Source of the DNA: Eledone cirrhosa
Lineage: Eukaryota
Assembly: GCA_964016885.1 (NCBI GenBank)
Contig: OZ024754.1
Coordinates: 31,186,001 to 31,250,000, forward strand
DNA: 64,000 bases
Reading direction: 5' to 3'
The first letter of the stretch is position 1. Each line of letters opens with the position of its first letter. Below, piece by piece: positions 27,363 to 41,195 of this stretch. The notes under the pieces were generated by a model. It saw nothing but the letters and a program-made list of their open reading frames with translations, was not told where the DNA came from and did no database searches. The position numbers and the translations under genes were made by a program.

Positions 27363-27856
27363 TTATGGCTTATGGCTTATTGAGTGCTAATCTCCTCTTT
27401 ACAGTTTTTTTATACAGAAAGTACCAGTAATAAAATGAATCAGTTCAATCAATGATAGCATTGCCATATAAATGCAGGCCTTGAAGTTGCTAGAAGGAAA
27501 TCAGTACTGTTAATGTCTTGATTTGTGTTAAATGTCAAATGACAGGTAACCTTAGTGAAAGTGAAAATATTTGAATGTGTGTTAATGTATTGAAATAGTG
27601 TGACACAAAAATGAAATGGTGTGTAATCCTACCAAAATGATAGATATGGAATGTAATTATGAGACTTAGTTTGGCTGTGAACTACATTAATGTCCTGCAG
27701 TGTCAATAAAATAAATTCATAAATACCAGAAAATTAGATTAGTATTTGATTGAAAAAGAAATAACAATAACAACTGGTAAACTATTAACCTGGCCTAGTT
27801 TATAATACTATCATGTTATGTGAGGAAATTTATGGATGATATAATGGCTTCATTAT

Positions 27857-28270
27857 ATTGGCAGTATCGGCAGAGCATCAGACACCATGCTTTGCAGCAT
27901 AGAGTTATGACCCTTTACATTCTGAGTTCAATTCCTGCTGAGGTTAACTTCGCCTTTCATCCTTACTGGGACGAGAAAATAAAGTACCAGTAATGCACTG
28001 GGGTAATTGCTGGCCTCGTGCCAAAAGTAGAAACAATTATTAGAGTGCTGATGAATTGGCAGTATCGGTAGAACGTCAGACACCAAGCTTTGCAGCATAG
28101 AGTTATGGCCCTTTACATTCTGAGTTTAAATCTCACCGAAGTTAGCTTTGCCTTTCATCCTTACGGGGGTCAATAAAATAAATTACCAGTCACACACTGG
28201 GGTCGATTTAATCGACTTTCCGCTCCCCTTCAAATTGCAGGCCTTGTGCCATAAGTAGAAACAATTATTA
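27857..28270 (+). mobile_element. Two tandem S2 SINEs
   Basis: ATTGGCAGTATCGG heads at about 27857 and 28055. Confidence 0.88.
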
Positions 28271-28639
28271 GAGTGCTGAATGTTGGATAAGCAGAACAAT
28301 AAAAATATTTGACAAATGTTTGCTATATCTAATTATAATTCTTTATATTCTTAGTTCAAAACCTGCTGGGATCAACTTTATCTTTTATCTTTCTACATGT
28401 TCTAACCACATGTCTGCAGTACCAGACCTGTGATCCCTCAATTCAAAGGTGTAGAAGTTCTACCTGGAGTGACTCCCTGGTTTCCAAGTTACACATCTTA
28501 TCAAGTAGCGTTACTCCAGAGACCCTTTGGAGGGACCCAATTTCAGCCGCTTGTGTTCCTGACCCCTCCATACACATGCACACATGCATCTGCATGTATA
28601 TCATAACTCATACACTGTTCACTTTACTGATATTTGAAC

Positions 28640-28905
28640 ATTATTCTATGTACTATACATGCACCTTTGATGAGTTGTGGTGCACCTGAGCACTGTACAC
28701 AATAATTTCATTATTATTATTTATTGGCAGTATCGGTAGAGGGTCGGACGTCATGCTTTGCAGCAAAGTGTTACAGCCCTTTACGATCTGAGTTCAAATC
28801 CCGCCGAGGTTAACTTTGCCTTTCATCCTTACGAGGTCGATAAAATAAAGTACCAGTAATGTACTGGGTAATTGCTGGCCTTGTGCCAAAAGTAGAAACA
28901 ATTAT
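28640..28905 (+). mobile_element. LINE-like (ATT)n tail directly followed by an S2 SINE
   Basis: Tail 28640-28724 is shared with 51453-51542; S2 at 28723-28905. Confidence 0.8.
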
Positions 28906-29135
28906 TTATATTGTTTCAGTCCTTTCTCGAGATTCATGACCCCAGGTAAGGGCAAGCACAAAGACTGAATTGAAGATAGTGAATTTGGCTTTTACACCCA
29001 TCTCTGTTTTACTGATGACAGAATGCAGAAGCAGATGCACTACTGCACCAGCTCCTGCAATTCTTGCATTTAATTCAACTTCTTGCCTGTCATCACTCAC
29101 AAAAGGGGTTCCAAGATACTTTAACTTCTCCACCT
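28906..29135 (-). pseudogene. RTE-clade LINE ORF fragment (region downstream of the RT core)
   Basis: EKLKYLG...ELNARIAGA...KAKFTIFNSVFVLALTWGHES matches the RTE motifs FKYLG...LTYG.E.W. Confidence 0.8.
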
Positions 29136-29142
29136 ACTTAAA

Positions 29143-30158
29143 TTATTGTTTTTTTACTTTTGACACAAGGCCAGCAATTATCCCAGTACATTACTGGTAC
29201 TTTATTTTATCGACCCCGTAAGGATGAAAGGCAACGTTAACCTCGGCGGGATTTGAACTCAGATCATAAAGGGAGGTAACTCTATGCGTCAAAGCATGGC
29301 GCCCGACCCTCTACCAATACTGACAAATAATTGTTTCAACTTTTGGCACAAGGCCAGCAAATACCCAGTACATTACTGGTACTTTATTTTATCGACCCCG
29401 TAAGGATGAAAGGCAAAGTTAACCTCGGCGGGATTTGAACTCAGATCATAAAGGGAGGTAACTCTATGCGTCAAAGCATGGCGCCCGACCCTCTACCAAT
29501 ACTGACAAATAATTGTTTCAACTTTTGGCACAAGGCCAGCAAATACCCAGTACATTACTGGTACTTTATTTTATCGACCCCGTAAGGATGAAAGGCAAAG
29601 TTAACCTCGGCGGGATTTGAACTCAGATCATAAAGGGAGGTAACTCTATGCGTCAAAGCATGGCGCCCGACCCTCTACCAATACTGACAAATAATTGTTT
29701 CTACTTTTGGCACAAGGCCAGCAAATACCCAGTACATTACTGGTACTTTATTTTATCGACCCCGTAAGGATGAAAGGCAAAGTTAACCTCGGTGGGATTT
29801 GAACTCAGATCATAAAGGGAGGTAACTCTATGCGTCAAAGCATGGCACCCGACCCTCTACCAATACTGACAAATAATTGTTTCTACTTTTGGCACAAGGC
29901 CAGCAAATACCCAGTACATTACTGGTACTTTATTTTATCGACCCCGTAAGGATGGAAGGCAACGTTAACCTCGGCGGGATTTGAACTCAGATCATAAAGG
30001 GAGGTAACTCTATGCGTCAAAGCATGGCGCCCGACCCTCTACCAATACTGACAAATAATTGTTTCTACTTTTGGCACAAGGCCAGCAATTATCCCAGTAC
30101 ATTACTGGTACTTTATTTTATCGACCCCGTAAGGATGAAAGCAAAGTTAGCCTCGGCA
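29143..30158 (-). mobile_element. Tandem array of S2 SINEs, 182-bp period, about 5.5 copies
   Basis: Near-identical units that include the B box. Confidence 0.93.
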
Positions 30159-30415
30159 AATCATTATAGGATAATCAGGTACACACCTGGTAATCAAAAA
30201 CTTCAGTAAGTGCTAAATAATTTTGTATGTTTTTTTTTTTTTACTGATTAGTCAAGAAGGGAAAGGAGCTGTACCCATGACCCTTTTTTTTAAGTGCTTC
30301 TGAGATATTCTGTTGGATCAAGGGTTGGAAGGTCAAGCTAGTAGATGTGTGTGTGTACTTATGACTATGTGGGTACCTAAAAACATGCCACATGCTACTA
30401 ACTCACTCTTGATTA

Positions 30416-30515
30416 TATATGTAACTATTGTATGTATATATATATGAATATATATGTGTGTGTGTGTGAATGTGTATGTGTGTATATAACTGTTGTATGT
30501 ATGTATATATATATG

Positions 30516-30551
<36 letters not shown>

Positions 30552-30598
30552 AATGTGTGTGTGTGTATATAACTGTTGTATGTATGTATATATATATG

Positions 30599-30634
<36 letters not shown>

Positions 30635-30679
30635 AATGTGTGTGTGTGTATATAACTGTTGTATGTATGTATATATATG

Positions 30680-30729
<50 letters not shown>

Positions 30730-30831
30730 ACTGTTGTATGTATGTATATATATATGTATATATATATGTGTGTGTGTGTGTGTGTGAATGTGTGTGTGTG
30801 TATATAACTGTTGTATGTATGTATATATATG

Positions 30832-30877
<46 letters not shown>

Positions 30878-30918
30878 TGTGTGTGTGTATATAACTGTTG
30901 TATGTATGTATATATATG

Positions 30919-30952
<34 letters not shown>

Positions 30953-31332
30953 AATATGTGTGTGAATGTGTATATAACTGTTGTATGTATGTATATATAT
31001 GTATATATATATATGTGTGTGTGTGTGTATATAACTGTTGTATGTATGTATATATATGTATATATATATGTGTGTGTGTGTGTGTGTATATATAACTGTT
31101 GTATGTATGTATATATATGTATATATATATATATGTGTGTGTATGTGTGAATGTGTGTGTGTGTGTGTATATATAACTGTTATATGTATATATATATGTA
31201 TATATATATATGTGTGTGTGTGGGAATGTGTGTGTGTATATAACTGTTGTATGTATATATATATATGTATATATATGTGTGTGTGTGTGTGTGTAGTGTG
31301 AATGCGTGTGTGTGTGTGTATATAACTGTTGT
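30416..31332. repeat. Compound (TA)/(TG) minisatellite with a TATAACTGTTGTATG anchor
   Basis: Anchor recurs every 55-85 bp or so. Confidence 0.9.
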
Positions 31333-31333
31333 C

Positions 31334-31588
31334 ATAATCATCATCATCACCGTTTTACGTCCGTTCTTCCATGCTAGCATGGGTTAGACGGGTTGTCCTG
31401 TTGTGGGCAGTGTCTGGTCGGCTGACCATGAACTGATTTTGGCTTGGTTTCTACAGCTGGATGCCCTTCCTAACACCAACCTCATTTACAGTGAGTGCTG
31501 GGTGCTTTTTCGTGGCGCCTACACGTCCACTTTACAGTGTGGGCTGGGTGCTTTTTTGCCGTGGCACCTCCACGACCACCTTGCAGTG
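31334..31588 (-). mobile_element. S1-related SINE, 3' part
   Basis: CATCATC..TTTACGTCC tail; CTACAGCTGGATGCCCTTCCT. Confidence 0.8.
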
Positions 31589-31619
31589 GGAGGGTGTGGG
31601 GGAATATTGTCTATATGCT

Positions 31620-32172
31620 TCAGCTTGTACCCATGGGAGGTCGGGTACTCTGTATTACTGCGTGATGCCAGAGGTCACGGTTGTGTGTCATTGCCTTTGA
31701 GAGGTGTAATTGGGTAAGGTCGGCTTTTATCACCTCATCCCAGGTCTTCTTGGGTCTCCCCACTCCGCGGTTTCCATTGACTTCTAGTGCTCTGCACCTT
31801 TTTATGCAGGTGTCATCCTTCATACGCATCACATGTCCATACCAACGCAACCGCCTCTCCTGCACACAGCATTTGATTCCTCTTATGCTCAGTCTCTCTC
31901 TCAATTCATTTATGCTTTGCCGTTCACGTATATTACTGTTACACATCCATCGGAGCATGCAGGCTTGTGTTTCTTTCTAATCTACGTAAGTCTTCCACCT
32001 TCAGCGCCCAGGTCTCACTACCATGTTCGGATACACGCATCATACAGTCTGCCTTTCATTTTGAGGGAAAAGCCTTTTGCAGCTAGCAGTGGCAGTACTT
32101 CCCTGAACTTCTTCCATCCCGTTCTTACCCTAGTTATTGTACTTTCTGAACACCCACCTCCGCTGCTAATTC
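31620..32172 (-). pseudogene. RTE-clade LINE ORF C-terminal fragment
   Basis: RVRTGWKKFREVLPLL; MLRWM...ERRLRWYGHVMRM...GRPKKTWDEVIKADL. Confidence 0.9.
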
Positions 32173-32197
32173 AGGTATGTATGTATATATATATATA

Positions 32198-32366
32198 TAG
32201 GAAAAGAGTCAGGACCCCGACGGCTGAGCTCTGGCCGTTTCGCCAGCTAGTTCTGAACTAGCTGTCGGGGTCCTGACCCTTTTCCTACTACCCACTCTAC
32301 TACCCATAGTATTGAGTACTCTGGTGTGTTATGGTCCACCTGGCTCCTTACCACACTTCCTTCGTT
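32198..32366 (+). mobile_element. Family P2 fold-back element with an internal deletion
   Basis: Homologous to 10386-10579; 3' stem at 32294-32317. Confidence 0.75.
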
Positions 32367-32389
32367 ATATATATATATATATATATATA

Positions 32390-32439
<50 letters not shown>

Positions 32440-32441
32440 TT

Positions 32442-32529
32442 GTCTCAGTGGCCTAGTGGTAGGTACCAGAGACGGTGGAGATCCTGGTCTTGGGTTCAAT
32501 CCTGGTAGTGAGGTACATGTAACCTTTTT
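32442..32529 (+). other. tRNA-like pol III unit or SINE head
   Basis: A box TGGCCTAGTGG, B box GGTTCAATCC, T5 run at 32525-32529; enlarged anticodon arm. Confidence 0.55.
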
Positions 32530-32543
32530 CAGTTTTTATTTAT

Positions 32544-32929
32544 GGAGGCAGATGGCTTAGTGGTTAGAGCATTGGCCTTGCAATCAAAAGGCTGTGAGTT
32601 CAATTCTCAGACCGGGTGATGTGGTGTTTCCTTGAGCAAGACACTTTATTTCCTATTGCTCCAGTTTACTCAGGTGTAGAAATGAGATGATAGGGACTGG
32701 GGTCCCTATCATTCCACTGTAAAGTGGCCGTGGAGGTGCCACGGCAATATAAGCACCCAGCCCACACTGCAAAGTGGTCGTGCAGGTCCCACGGCAAAAA
32801 AGCACCCAGCACTCACTGTAAATGAGGTTGGTGTTAGGAAGGGCATCCAGCTGTAGAAATCAAGCCAGAATCAGTTCCCGTCCCACCCTTGCAAGCAGGA
32901 AAAAACGAACGTAAAATGATGATGATGAT
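32544..32929 (+). mobile_element. Full-length S1 SINE
   Basis: Same structure as 17228-17629. Confidence 0.92.
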
Positions 32930-32935
32930 ATATCA

Positions 32936-33180
32936 TATAAATAATTACAACAGAGACATAAACAGGTACTTAAGTTTCATTGGGTTCTGGACCCCAACTT
33001 ATTCTGCCTGTCATAAGAAAAATAAGTTTTTTTCTTCTTCATGACAGGCAGAATGAGTTAGGGTCCAGAACCCAACGAAACTTATATACCTTTTTATGTC
33101 ACTGTTGTAATTATTTATACTAAACTCGTCCTATGGACTGAATGCTCTTACCCTTGAATATTTCCACCTAACGTTTACGA
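32936..33180 (+). mobile_element. Family P3 fold-back element with a variant hammerhead (33044-33093)
   Basis: About 80-bp arms 32936-33015 / 33041-33119. Consensus of the two arms: acagg CAGAATGA gttggggt ccaga acccaac GAAA cttaag TA^ cctgt. Confidence 0.65.
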
Positions 33181-33310
33181 TATGGTTTTATAAATATAGT
33201 TTCCATTTATTAATATATTCTGTATTTACTCCACTAACTTGTTGAGTGCTTTATATCAGTTATAAAAATGTTTAAGCTAGAATCCCAACAAATTAAATAT
33301 AACCTCTGCA
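33181..33310 (+). mobile_element. P1/P1b 3' fragment
   Basis: Matches the reverse complement of 38751-38884; stem ACTC..tt-GAGT at 33228-33247. Confidence 0.8.
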
Positions 33311-33321
33311 TATATATATAT

Positions 33322-33524
33322 ATAACGAAGGAAATGTGGTAAGGAACCAGGTGGACCATAACGCACCAAAGTACTCAATACTTAGGGTAGTAGAGTGGGT
33401 AATAGGAATGAGTAAGACCCCGACGGCTGAGCTCAAGCCATTTCGACAGCTAATTCGACGGCTAATTCAGTCCAGAATTAGCCGTCGAAACAGCTTGAGC
33501 TCAGCCGTCGGGGTCCTACTCGTT

Positions 33525-33529
<5 letters not shown>
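33322..33529 (-). mobile_element. Family P2 fold-back element
   Basis: Homologous to 10605-10799, with a short duplication near the axis. Confidence 0.8.
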
Positions 33530-33566
<37 letters not shown>

Positions 33567-33668
33567 ATATATATACAAGTATTGAAGTTTCCGTTAAAAA
33601 TTGAAAAAGTCATAGGAGTGAAGAGTGCTCTATGTAAGTTACAGAGCTAAATTTAATGTATAATAATG

Positions 33669-33737
33669 CCTTGTCTGACGAACGAATGAGGACGTTTCTC
33701 GTATTCGTCTTATTCGGAAAAACCTCTGGTAATGAGG
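33669..33737 (+). ncRNA. Hammerhead ribozyme-like motif (variant)
   Basis: ccttgt CTGACGA a cgaatgaggacg...cgtcttattcg GAAAAA cc tct gg TA^ atgagg. Confidence 0.6.
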
Positions 33738-33779
33738 TAATTATATTGTATTGTTTATTATACATTATATATATATATA

Positions 33780-34163
33780 CAGCAGCACAGACTCTTCATT
33801 GCTGTAGTGGAGTCTGTGCTGCTGTATGGGTCTGAGACTTGGATACTGACCAAGAAACTCACTCAGATGGTGGATGGGTGCTACACGAGAATGATGAGGG
33901 TGGCTCTGAACATTAATCAGTATACACTGAGGATGAAAAACTGGACATGCTCACCGACATCCAGAGTTGACATTGCACTCAGTGCTCCTTTGGGAGCCCC
34001 TACATGGACACACTAGAAGAGGAAGACCAAGGTTAACGTATGTTGATGCCCTAAGGACAGAGACTGGTCTGTTGGAGACGCAGGACATGGCAGCGATAAT
34101 GAGGGACAGAGACCGCTGGAGAGAACTCGTCCATGGATCTCGGGAATTTTACCCGCCTTAGAC
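33780..34163 (+). pseudogene. RTE/RTEX-like LINE 3' fragment
   Basis: VESVLLYGSETW..DGCYTRMMRVALNI; LLWEPLHG..RRGRPRLTYVD..DRDRWR. Confidence 0.88.
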
Positions 34164-34421
34164 TATATATATATATATATTATATATTATATTTAGAGTT
34201 AAAAACTCAAACAGTCCTTTACAATTAATTAGCTCAAAGAATACAATACAATACAAACACTTTTGTGTTTATCATATATTAATTTATATTAACTTGTATA
34301 TATATATATATATATATTATACATCCATACATACATTAGTTAAAGTAAATTCTACAGCTATGAAAATAATGTTTTATATCATATATATATATATGTGTGT
34401 GTGTATGTGTGTGTGTGTGTG

Positions 34422-34460
<39 letters not shown>

Positions 34461-34464
<4 letters not shown>

Positions 34465-35137
34465 GTAATCTGAGTTTTTAGAATATTAATATTAATATTC
34501 AATTCGTTTGCAATTATATATATATTGTTATACTTTGGGAGGGTCATGTTGCCAATAAGAAACACACGCACCAGTTGCTTTCACTTCAATTTATTATAAT
34601 AAATTTATAAATTTAGGAATTTATAAATTTCCGGTTGGTTGGTTGGTTCCACAACCAGATGGTTGTTTATATATTGTCAAAGTTCTTTCGTCACACATCC
34701 TGTGACCTCTTCGGTGACTGGGGATTCTTTTCTTTGTTTTTTGTGCCTTTCCTTTGTTCTGTCCTACGCCATCTTGTTTTTTACATCACATATAGATTTA
34801 ACTGCTATTTCAGTAACTGCTGCACTGTCTGTCCTCTCTCTACTAATGTCAACCTAGTCAGATTCTCCAGATTCACAATCAGACTGATGGCATAGGACAG
34901 AACAAAGGAGAGGCACAAAAAGCAAAGAAAAGAATCCCCGGTCACTGAAGAGGTCACAGAATGTGTGACGAAAGAACTTTGACAATATATAAACAACCAT
35001 CTGGTTGTGGAACCAACCAACCAACCGGAAATTCATAAATTCCTAAATTTATAAATGTATTATAATAAATTGAAGTGAAAGCAACTGGTGCGTGTGTTTC
35101 TTATTGGCAACATGACCCTCCCAAAGTATAACAATAT
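34461..35137 (-). mobile_element. Family P10 fold-back element with 252-bp arms (34522-34773 / 34886-35137)
   Basis: Long inverted repeat with a few substitutions; one hammerhead in each arm. Confidence 0.8.
34941..34983 (+). ncRNA. Minimal type I hammerhead ribozyme
   Basis: gtca CTGAAGA g gtcaca gaatg tgtgac GAAA gaac TT^ tgac. Confidence 0.8.
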
Positions 35138-35191
35138 CGGTTTCAACACACGTTTTCAGATAAAGAATCTTGCTAAACAAATTCAGAAACG

Positions 35192-35223
<32 letters not shown>

Positions 35224-35226
<3 letters not shown>

Positions 35227-35673
35227 ATTAAATAAATGGAAACTATATTTATAAAACCATATTTATTTCATTATATATATTTCAGGGATATCATATTAAC
35301 AATATGTTATGCCTTCTTCAGACAAAATACAATATAGACAGTTTTATAGATAAATAGATTTGACATACCGTTCAACATCGACTTGTATTTGAAAAAGTTG
35401 ATTTGGCAGTGTTTTTCAAATACAAGTCGATGTTGAACGGTATGTCAAATCTATTTATCTATAAAACTGTCTATATTGTATTTTGTCTGAAGAAGGCATA
35501 ACATATTGTTAATATGATATCCCTGAAATATATATAATGAAATAAATATGGTTTTATAAATATAGTTTCCATTTATTTAATATCGTAAATATACTCCAAA
35601 TACTTGTTGAGTGCTTTTATATCAGTTATAAATATTTACTAGTTGTAACCCAACAATTTAAATATAACTTTCC
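35224..35673 (+). mobile_element. Family P1 fold-back element with 173-bp arms (35224-35396 / 35412-35584)
   Basis: Hammerhead tattttgt CTGAAGA (35487)...GAAA tatata TA^ atgaaata in both arms; 3' stem at 35593-35612. Confidence 0.85.
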
Positions 35674-35763
35674 ATATATATATATATATATATAAATACA
35701 TATATATATATATATTCACACACACACACATTTATATATATATATATAGAGAGAGAGAGAGAT

Positions 35764-35828
<65 letters not shown>

Positions 35829-36264
35829 GAAAGATAAAATGAGAGAGAAGATGACGGGGGGGGGGGAGAAAGGGGAGAGGAGATTAGAGTATGAGGGGAA
35901 AGAGAGGAAGGAAGGAAGAAGAGAGAAATAATGATTATAGAAAAAGTACAATGGAAAAGTTGTGTGGTACTCAGACAATGTAATTATTGAGGGCAGAAAA
36001 CTCAGTCTGATTGTGAATCTGGAGAATCTGACTAGGTTGACATTAGTAGAGAGAGGACAGACAGTGCAGCAGTTACTGAAATAGCAGTTAAATCTATATG
36101 TGATGTAATTATTTAGTAGTTTTATTACTACTTTTTCATATAGATGTTGTTTGTTAATTATTTCTCTTATAGTTGCACTGTTGAAATTACATGGTTTTTC
36201 AGGGGCCACAGAACAGTTTCTTAAGGTGGAGGGCTAAATGAAGATGAGTGGAGAAGTGTGTGAG

Positions 36265-36284
36265 CACACACACACACACACACA

Positions 36285-36328
<44 letters not shown>

Positions 36329-36349
36329 CACATACCGACATACAGACAC

Positions 36350-36381
<32 letters not shown>

Positions 36382-36680
36382 GCGCGCGCGCACACACACA
36401 GAGATAGACAGACACAGACAGACAGACACACACACACACACAGACACACACACACGCACACACAGACATACAGACACACACGCACACACAGAGACAGACA
36501 GACACAGACAGACAGACACACACAGACACACACAGACACACGCGCACGCACACACACACACACACAGACACGCACACACAGACACACACAGACACACACG
36601 CACACACACAGACAGACACACACACAGACACACACAAGCGCACACGCGCACGCACACACACACACACACACACATATATA
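36265..36680. repeat. (CA)/(CAGA) compound microsatellite
   Basis: Direct reading. Confidence 0.95.
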
Positions 36681-36984
36681 TAGTCGAGACTAGAGGAATT
36701 TTGGTAAAGTTTATATGCATTTTTTCCTCAAATTTCTATTTTATAGCTAACTCCGTGTAGTTGATTATATGTCCAGTCAATTTCTACGGGCTAAAAGAAA
36801 TAACTAGGTAAAGTTTATCTGGCTGTCCCTCATGGAAGATAGTCTGTATCCTTTGTCTATTATTTCTTCATAGTTACATTTTAAACTTATAGCCTCGTTT
36901 AAATGTTTATTTATGTGGTTGATTTATTCAGACTAGGAAGAGGAAATACTGTATAGATTTTATCTATTAATTCTTCAAACTTGC

Positions 36985-38484
<1,500 letters not shown>

Positions 38485-38718
38485 ATATGTAGTTTTTCCA
38501 ATGATTTGATTAGGCATACATTGTATTTAAAATTGAGTGACATAACTTCAAGTGATTAGCAATTTTTAGACACCCTAATCAATGAAACAATTGTTAATAC
38601 TGTAAATAAAACCCTTTTTGTACTGTTGACCATGTTATTCTTCACTCTTTCACTATATATATATATATATATATAGTAATAATAATAAATGTGAAGACAT
38701 TATTAACTTTAATCTGTT

Positions 38719-38749
<31 letters not shown>

Positions 38750-38753
<4 letters not shown>

Positions 38754-39142
38754 GAGGTTATATTTAATTTGTTGGGATACAACAAGCTTAAAAATATTTT
38801 TATAACTGATATAAAGCATTCAACAAATTATTGGAGTAAATAAATAATATATTAACAAATGGAAACTATATTTATAAAACCATATTTATTTTATTATACA
38901 TATTTCAAGGGCCACCAAGGCAAATTATGGTGCGCTTTCATCAGATAAAATACAATACAGATTAGTTTTATAAATAAATAAGGTTGTCTTTTTTCAGGGT
39001 ATGTCAATATTTATTTATAAAACTAATCTGTATTGTATTTTATCTGATGAAAGCGCACCATAATTTGCTTTGGTGGCCCTTGAAATATGTATAATAAAAT
39101 AAATATGGTTTTATAAATATAGTTTCCATTTGTTAATATATT
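38750..39142 (-). mobile_element. Family P1b fold-back element with 135-bp arms (38846-38980 / 39008-39142)
   Basis: One mismatch between the arms; 3' stem on the minus strand at 38818-38837. Confidence 0.85.
39036..39101 (+). ncRNA. Minimal type I hammerhead ribozyme (mirror copy on the minus strand at about 38887-38952)
   Basis: tattttat CTGATGA aag..cacca...tggtg..ctt GAAA tatgta TA^ ataaaata; perfect 8-bp stem I. Confidence 0.85.
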
Positions 39143-39247
39143 GTATATATATATACATGCATACATATACATACATATATACATTCATAAATGCATACAT
39201 ACATATATATACACACATATATACATGCATGCAAACATACATACACA

Positions 39248-39314
<67 letters not shown>

Positions 39315-39389
39315 TATACATACATAATACATACATATATAAACACCACCATCACCACCACCACTACCAAATATCTAGGGATGGACAGA

Positions 39390-41195
39390 TAGACTGTACA
39401 GCCCAGTCTAGGGAGGGAGGGAGTGACTGACTCGACACCCCAGTGTGTAACAAACTTTACACCTCAGTCTAGGCTAGGGAAGGAGTGACAGACTCTACAC
39501 CCCAGTCTGGGGTGTAACAAACTGTACACCTCAGTCTAGGCTAGGGAAGGAGTGACAGACTCTACACCCTAGTCTGGGGTGTAACAAACTTTACATCTCA
39601 GTCTAGGCTAGGGAAGGAGTGACAGACTCTACACCCTAGTCTGGGGTGTAACAAACTTTACACCTCAGTCTAGGCTAGGGAAGGAGTGACAGACTCTACA
39701 CCCTAGTCTGGGGTGTAACAAACTTTACATCTCAGTCTAGGCTAGGGAAGGAGTGACAGACTCTACACTCTAGTCTGGGGTGTAACAAACTTTACATCTC
39801 AGTCTAGGCTAGGGAAGGAGTGACAGACTCTACACCCCAGTCTGGGGTGTAACAAACTTTACATCTCAGTCTAGGCTAGGGAAGGAGTGACAGACTCTAC
39901 ACCCTAGTCTGGGGTGTAACAAACTTTACATCTCAGTCTGGGCTAGGGAAGGAGTGACAGACTCTACACCCCAGTCTGGGGTGTAACAAACTTTACATCT
40001 CAGTCTGGGCTAGGGAAGGAGTGACAGACTCTACACCCCAGTCTGGGGTGTAACAAACTTTACATCTCAGTCTAGGCTAAGGAAGGAGTGACAGACTCTA
40101 CACCCTAGTCTGGGGTGTAACAAACTTTACATCTCAGTCTAGGCTAGGGAAGGAGTGACAGACTCTACACCCTAGTCTGGGGTGTAACAAACTTTACATC
40201 TCAGTCTAGGCTAGGGAAGGAGTGACAGACTCTACACCCTAGTCTGGGGTGTAACAAACTTTACATCTCAGTCTGGGCTAGGGAAGGAGTGACAGACTCT
40301 ACACCCTAGTCTGGGGTGTAACAAACTTTACATCTCAGTCTAGGCTAGGGAAGGAGTGACAGACTCTACACCCTAGTCTGGGGTGTAACAAACTTTACAT
40401 CTCAGTCTAGGCTAGGGAAGGAGTGACAGACTCTACACCCTAGTCTGGGGTGTAACAAACTTTACATCTCAGTCTAGGCTAGGGAAGGAGTGACAGACTC
40501 TACACTCTAGTCTGGGGTGTAACAAACTTTACATCTCAGTCTGGGCTAGGGAAGGAGTGACAGACTCTACACCCTAGTCTGGGGTGTAACAAACTTTACA
40601 TCTCAGTCTAGGCTAGGGAAGGAGTGACAGACTCTACACCCTAGTCTGGGGTGTAACAAACTTTACATCTCAGTCTAGGCTAGGGAAGGAGTGACAGACT
40701 CTACACCCTAGTCTGGGGTGTAACAAACTTTACATCTCAGTCTAGGCTAGGGAAGGAGTGACAGACTCTACACTCTAGTCTGGGGTGTAACAAACTTTAC
40801 ATCTCAGTCTAGGCTAGGGAAGGAGTGACAGACTCTACACCCCAGTCTGGGGTGTAACAAACTTTACATCTCAGTCTAGGCTAAGGAAGGAGTGACAGAC
40901 TCTACACCCCAGTCCAGGAAGGAGGGGGTGAGAGACTCTACACCCCAGTCTGGGGTGTAACAAACTTTACACCTCAGTCTAGGCTAGGGAAGGAGTGACA
41001 GACTCTACACCCCAGTCCAGGGAGAGAGGGAGTGAGAGACTCTACACCCCAGTCTGGGGTGTAACAAACTTTACACCTCTGTCTAGGCCAGGGAGGGAGT
41101 GACAGACTCTACCTCCCAGTCTAGAGCAGGTGGGAGGGAATGACTCTACACCCCTGTCTATGGCGGGAGGGACAGACTGTACACCTCTATCTAGT
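39390..41195. repeat. 67-bp tandem array (about 24 copies) made of two related subunits
   Basis: TGTAACAAAC at 39513, 39580, 39647 and onward. Confidence 0.95.
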
